DNA of 63,546 bases, filler included, from Reticulomyxa filosa (Eukaryota; Protista; Foraminifera), in assembly GCA_000512085.1 (NCBI GenBank). It is 19 parts of 19 records of this genome, joined end to end, with 100 filler letters (N's around TTAATTAATTAA, not from the genome) between each part and the next. Parts side by side here need not be neighbours in the genome. Positions count along the whole stretch, not along the records: positions 62,431 to 63,546 come from ASPP01009618.1; 18 more parts are not named here. One strand, 5' to 3'. A model generated the notes under the pieces. It searched no databases. It worked only from the letters and a program-made list of their open reading frames with translations, and was not told the DNA's origin. Below, one piece after another: positions 62,829 through 63,546 of this stretch (positions are counted from its first letter, which is position 1; each line of letters starts with the position of its first letter). Made by a program: the position numbers and the translations under genes.

Positions 62829-63546
62829 ATGACAGCCCCGAAACGTACCCCCCTATACGAAGCCCATCTCGCGTCCGGCGCGAAAATGGTCGATTTTGCC
62901 GGTTGGGACATGCCCATCCATTACGGCTCGCAGCTGAAAGAGCACGAGATCGTGCGTAGCGACGCCGGCATGTTCGACGTGTCGCACATGACCGTGGTGG
63001 ACATCACCGGTAGCGACGCCAAGGCTTGGCTGCAAAAGCTGATTGCCAATGACGTGGCCAAGCTGGGTTTCGAGGGCAAGGCGCTGTATTCCGGCATGCT
63101 GAACGAACAAGGCGGTGTGGTAGACGATCTGATCGTATACCTCACCGCTTTTGGTTTCCGGATGGTCGTTAACGCCGGTACCACCGAAAAAGACCTGGCC
63201 TGGATGGACAAGCAAGCCGCCGGTTTTGACGTGAAGCTGCAAGTGCGCCGCGACCTGGCCATGCTGGCCGTGCAAGGCCCCACCGCCATCGACAAGGTGT
63301 GCAGCGTGAAGCCGGCCCTGGCCGACAGCATCCGCGCCCTCAAGGTATTCCAGGGCCTGCCGTCCGGCGAATGGTTCTTTGCCCGCACCGGTTACACCGG
63401 CGAAGACGGCCTGGAAATCATGATCCCGGCCGCCGAAGCCATCACCTTCTTCAACCAGCTGAAAGACGCCGGCGTGGCCCCGATCGGCTTGGGCGCCCGC
63501 GACACGCTGCGTCTGGAAGCCGGCATGAACCTGTACGGCCACGACA
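62829..63546 (+). CDS. gcvT: Glycine cleavage system aminomethyltransferase T (bacterial, 3' partial)
   Basis: AAGGA RBS, then [13 protein letters not shown]...[13 protein letters not shown]...GMFDVSHM...DDLIVY...VVNAG...AVQGP...[11 protein letters not shown]...[20 protein letters not shown]. The frame stays open to the window end, so it is absent from the ORF track. Confidence 0.98.
   Translation, partial: MTAPKRTPLYEAHLASGAKMVDFAGWDMPIHYGSQLKEHEIVRSDAGMFDVSHMTVVDITGSDAKAWLQKLIANDVAKLGFEGKALYSGMLNEQGGVVDDLIVYLTAFGFRMVVNAGTTEKDLAWMDKQAAGFDVKLQVRRDLAMLAVQGPTAIDKVCSVKPALADSIRALKVFQGLPSGEWFFARTGYTGEDGLEIMIPAAEAITFFNQLKDAGVAPIGLGARDTLRLEAGMNLYGHD

Noticed and set aside
62853-63542. Minus-strand 229-aa and 155-aa ORFs, and the ORFs over the riboswitch
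   Set aside because: These are antisense shadows of the GC-rich gcvT gene and its leader.

Overview
This window is not one locus. It is 19 short contigs joined by 18 artificial 100-nt linkers (N44-TTAATTAATTAA-N44), so adjacency across a linker carries no biological meaning. Contigs 1-18 are AT-rich eukaryotic DNA with GT-AG introns, poly-A/T tracts and poly-Asn tracts. I infer a foraminiferan (Reticulomyxa-like) from a divergent Retaria-type alpha-tubulin relic and from characteristic CAP-Gly, NACHT, WD40 and Kelch-like family members. Recognisable genes are: PA28/REG, an aldo-keto reductase, an ABHD4/5-like hydrolase, endonuclease III, SSADH, spastin, a Kir-like K+ channel, CK1, a group II PLP decarboxylase, a Trf4/PAPD5-like polymerase and a divergent PABP-like protein. 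Several contigs hold only decayed pseudogenes. Contig 19 is GC-rich bacterial DNA carrying a sigma70-like promoter, a tandem glycine riboswitch and gcvT. The best leads are: (i) an intronless F-box-like + VHL-beta + HEXXH metallopeptidase fusion; (ii) a GC-rich multi-hairpin island at ~59.25-59.57 kb; (iii) a DEP domain fused to a MerA-like flavoprotein; (iv) a Trf4-like polymerase with downstream tandem CCCH fingers; (v) intron-bearing or intronless bacterial-type genes; and (vi) a Tc1/mariner-like terminal repeat shared by two contigs. All domain calls are by-eye motif recognition; no database search was run.
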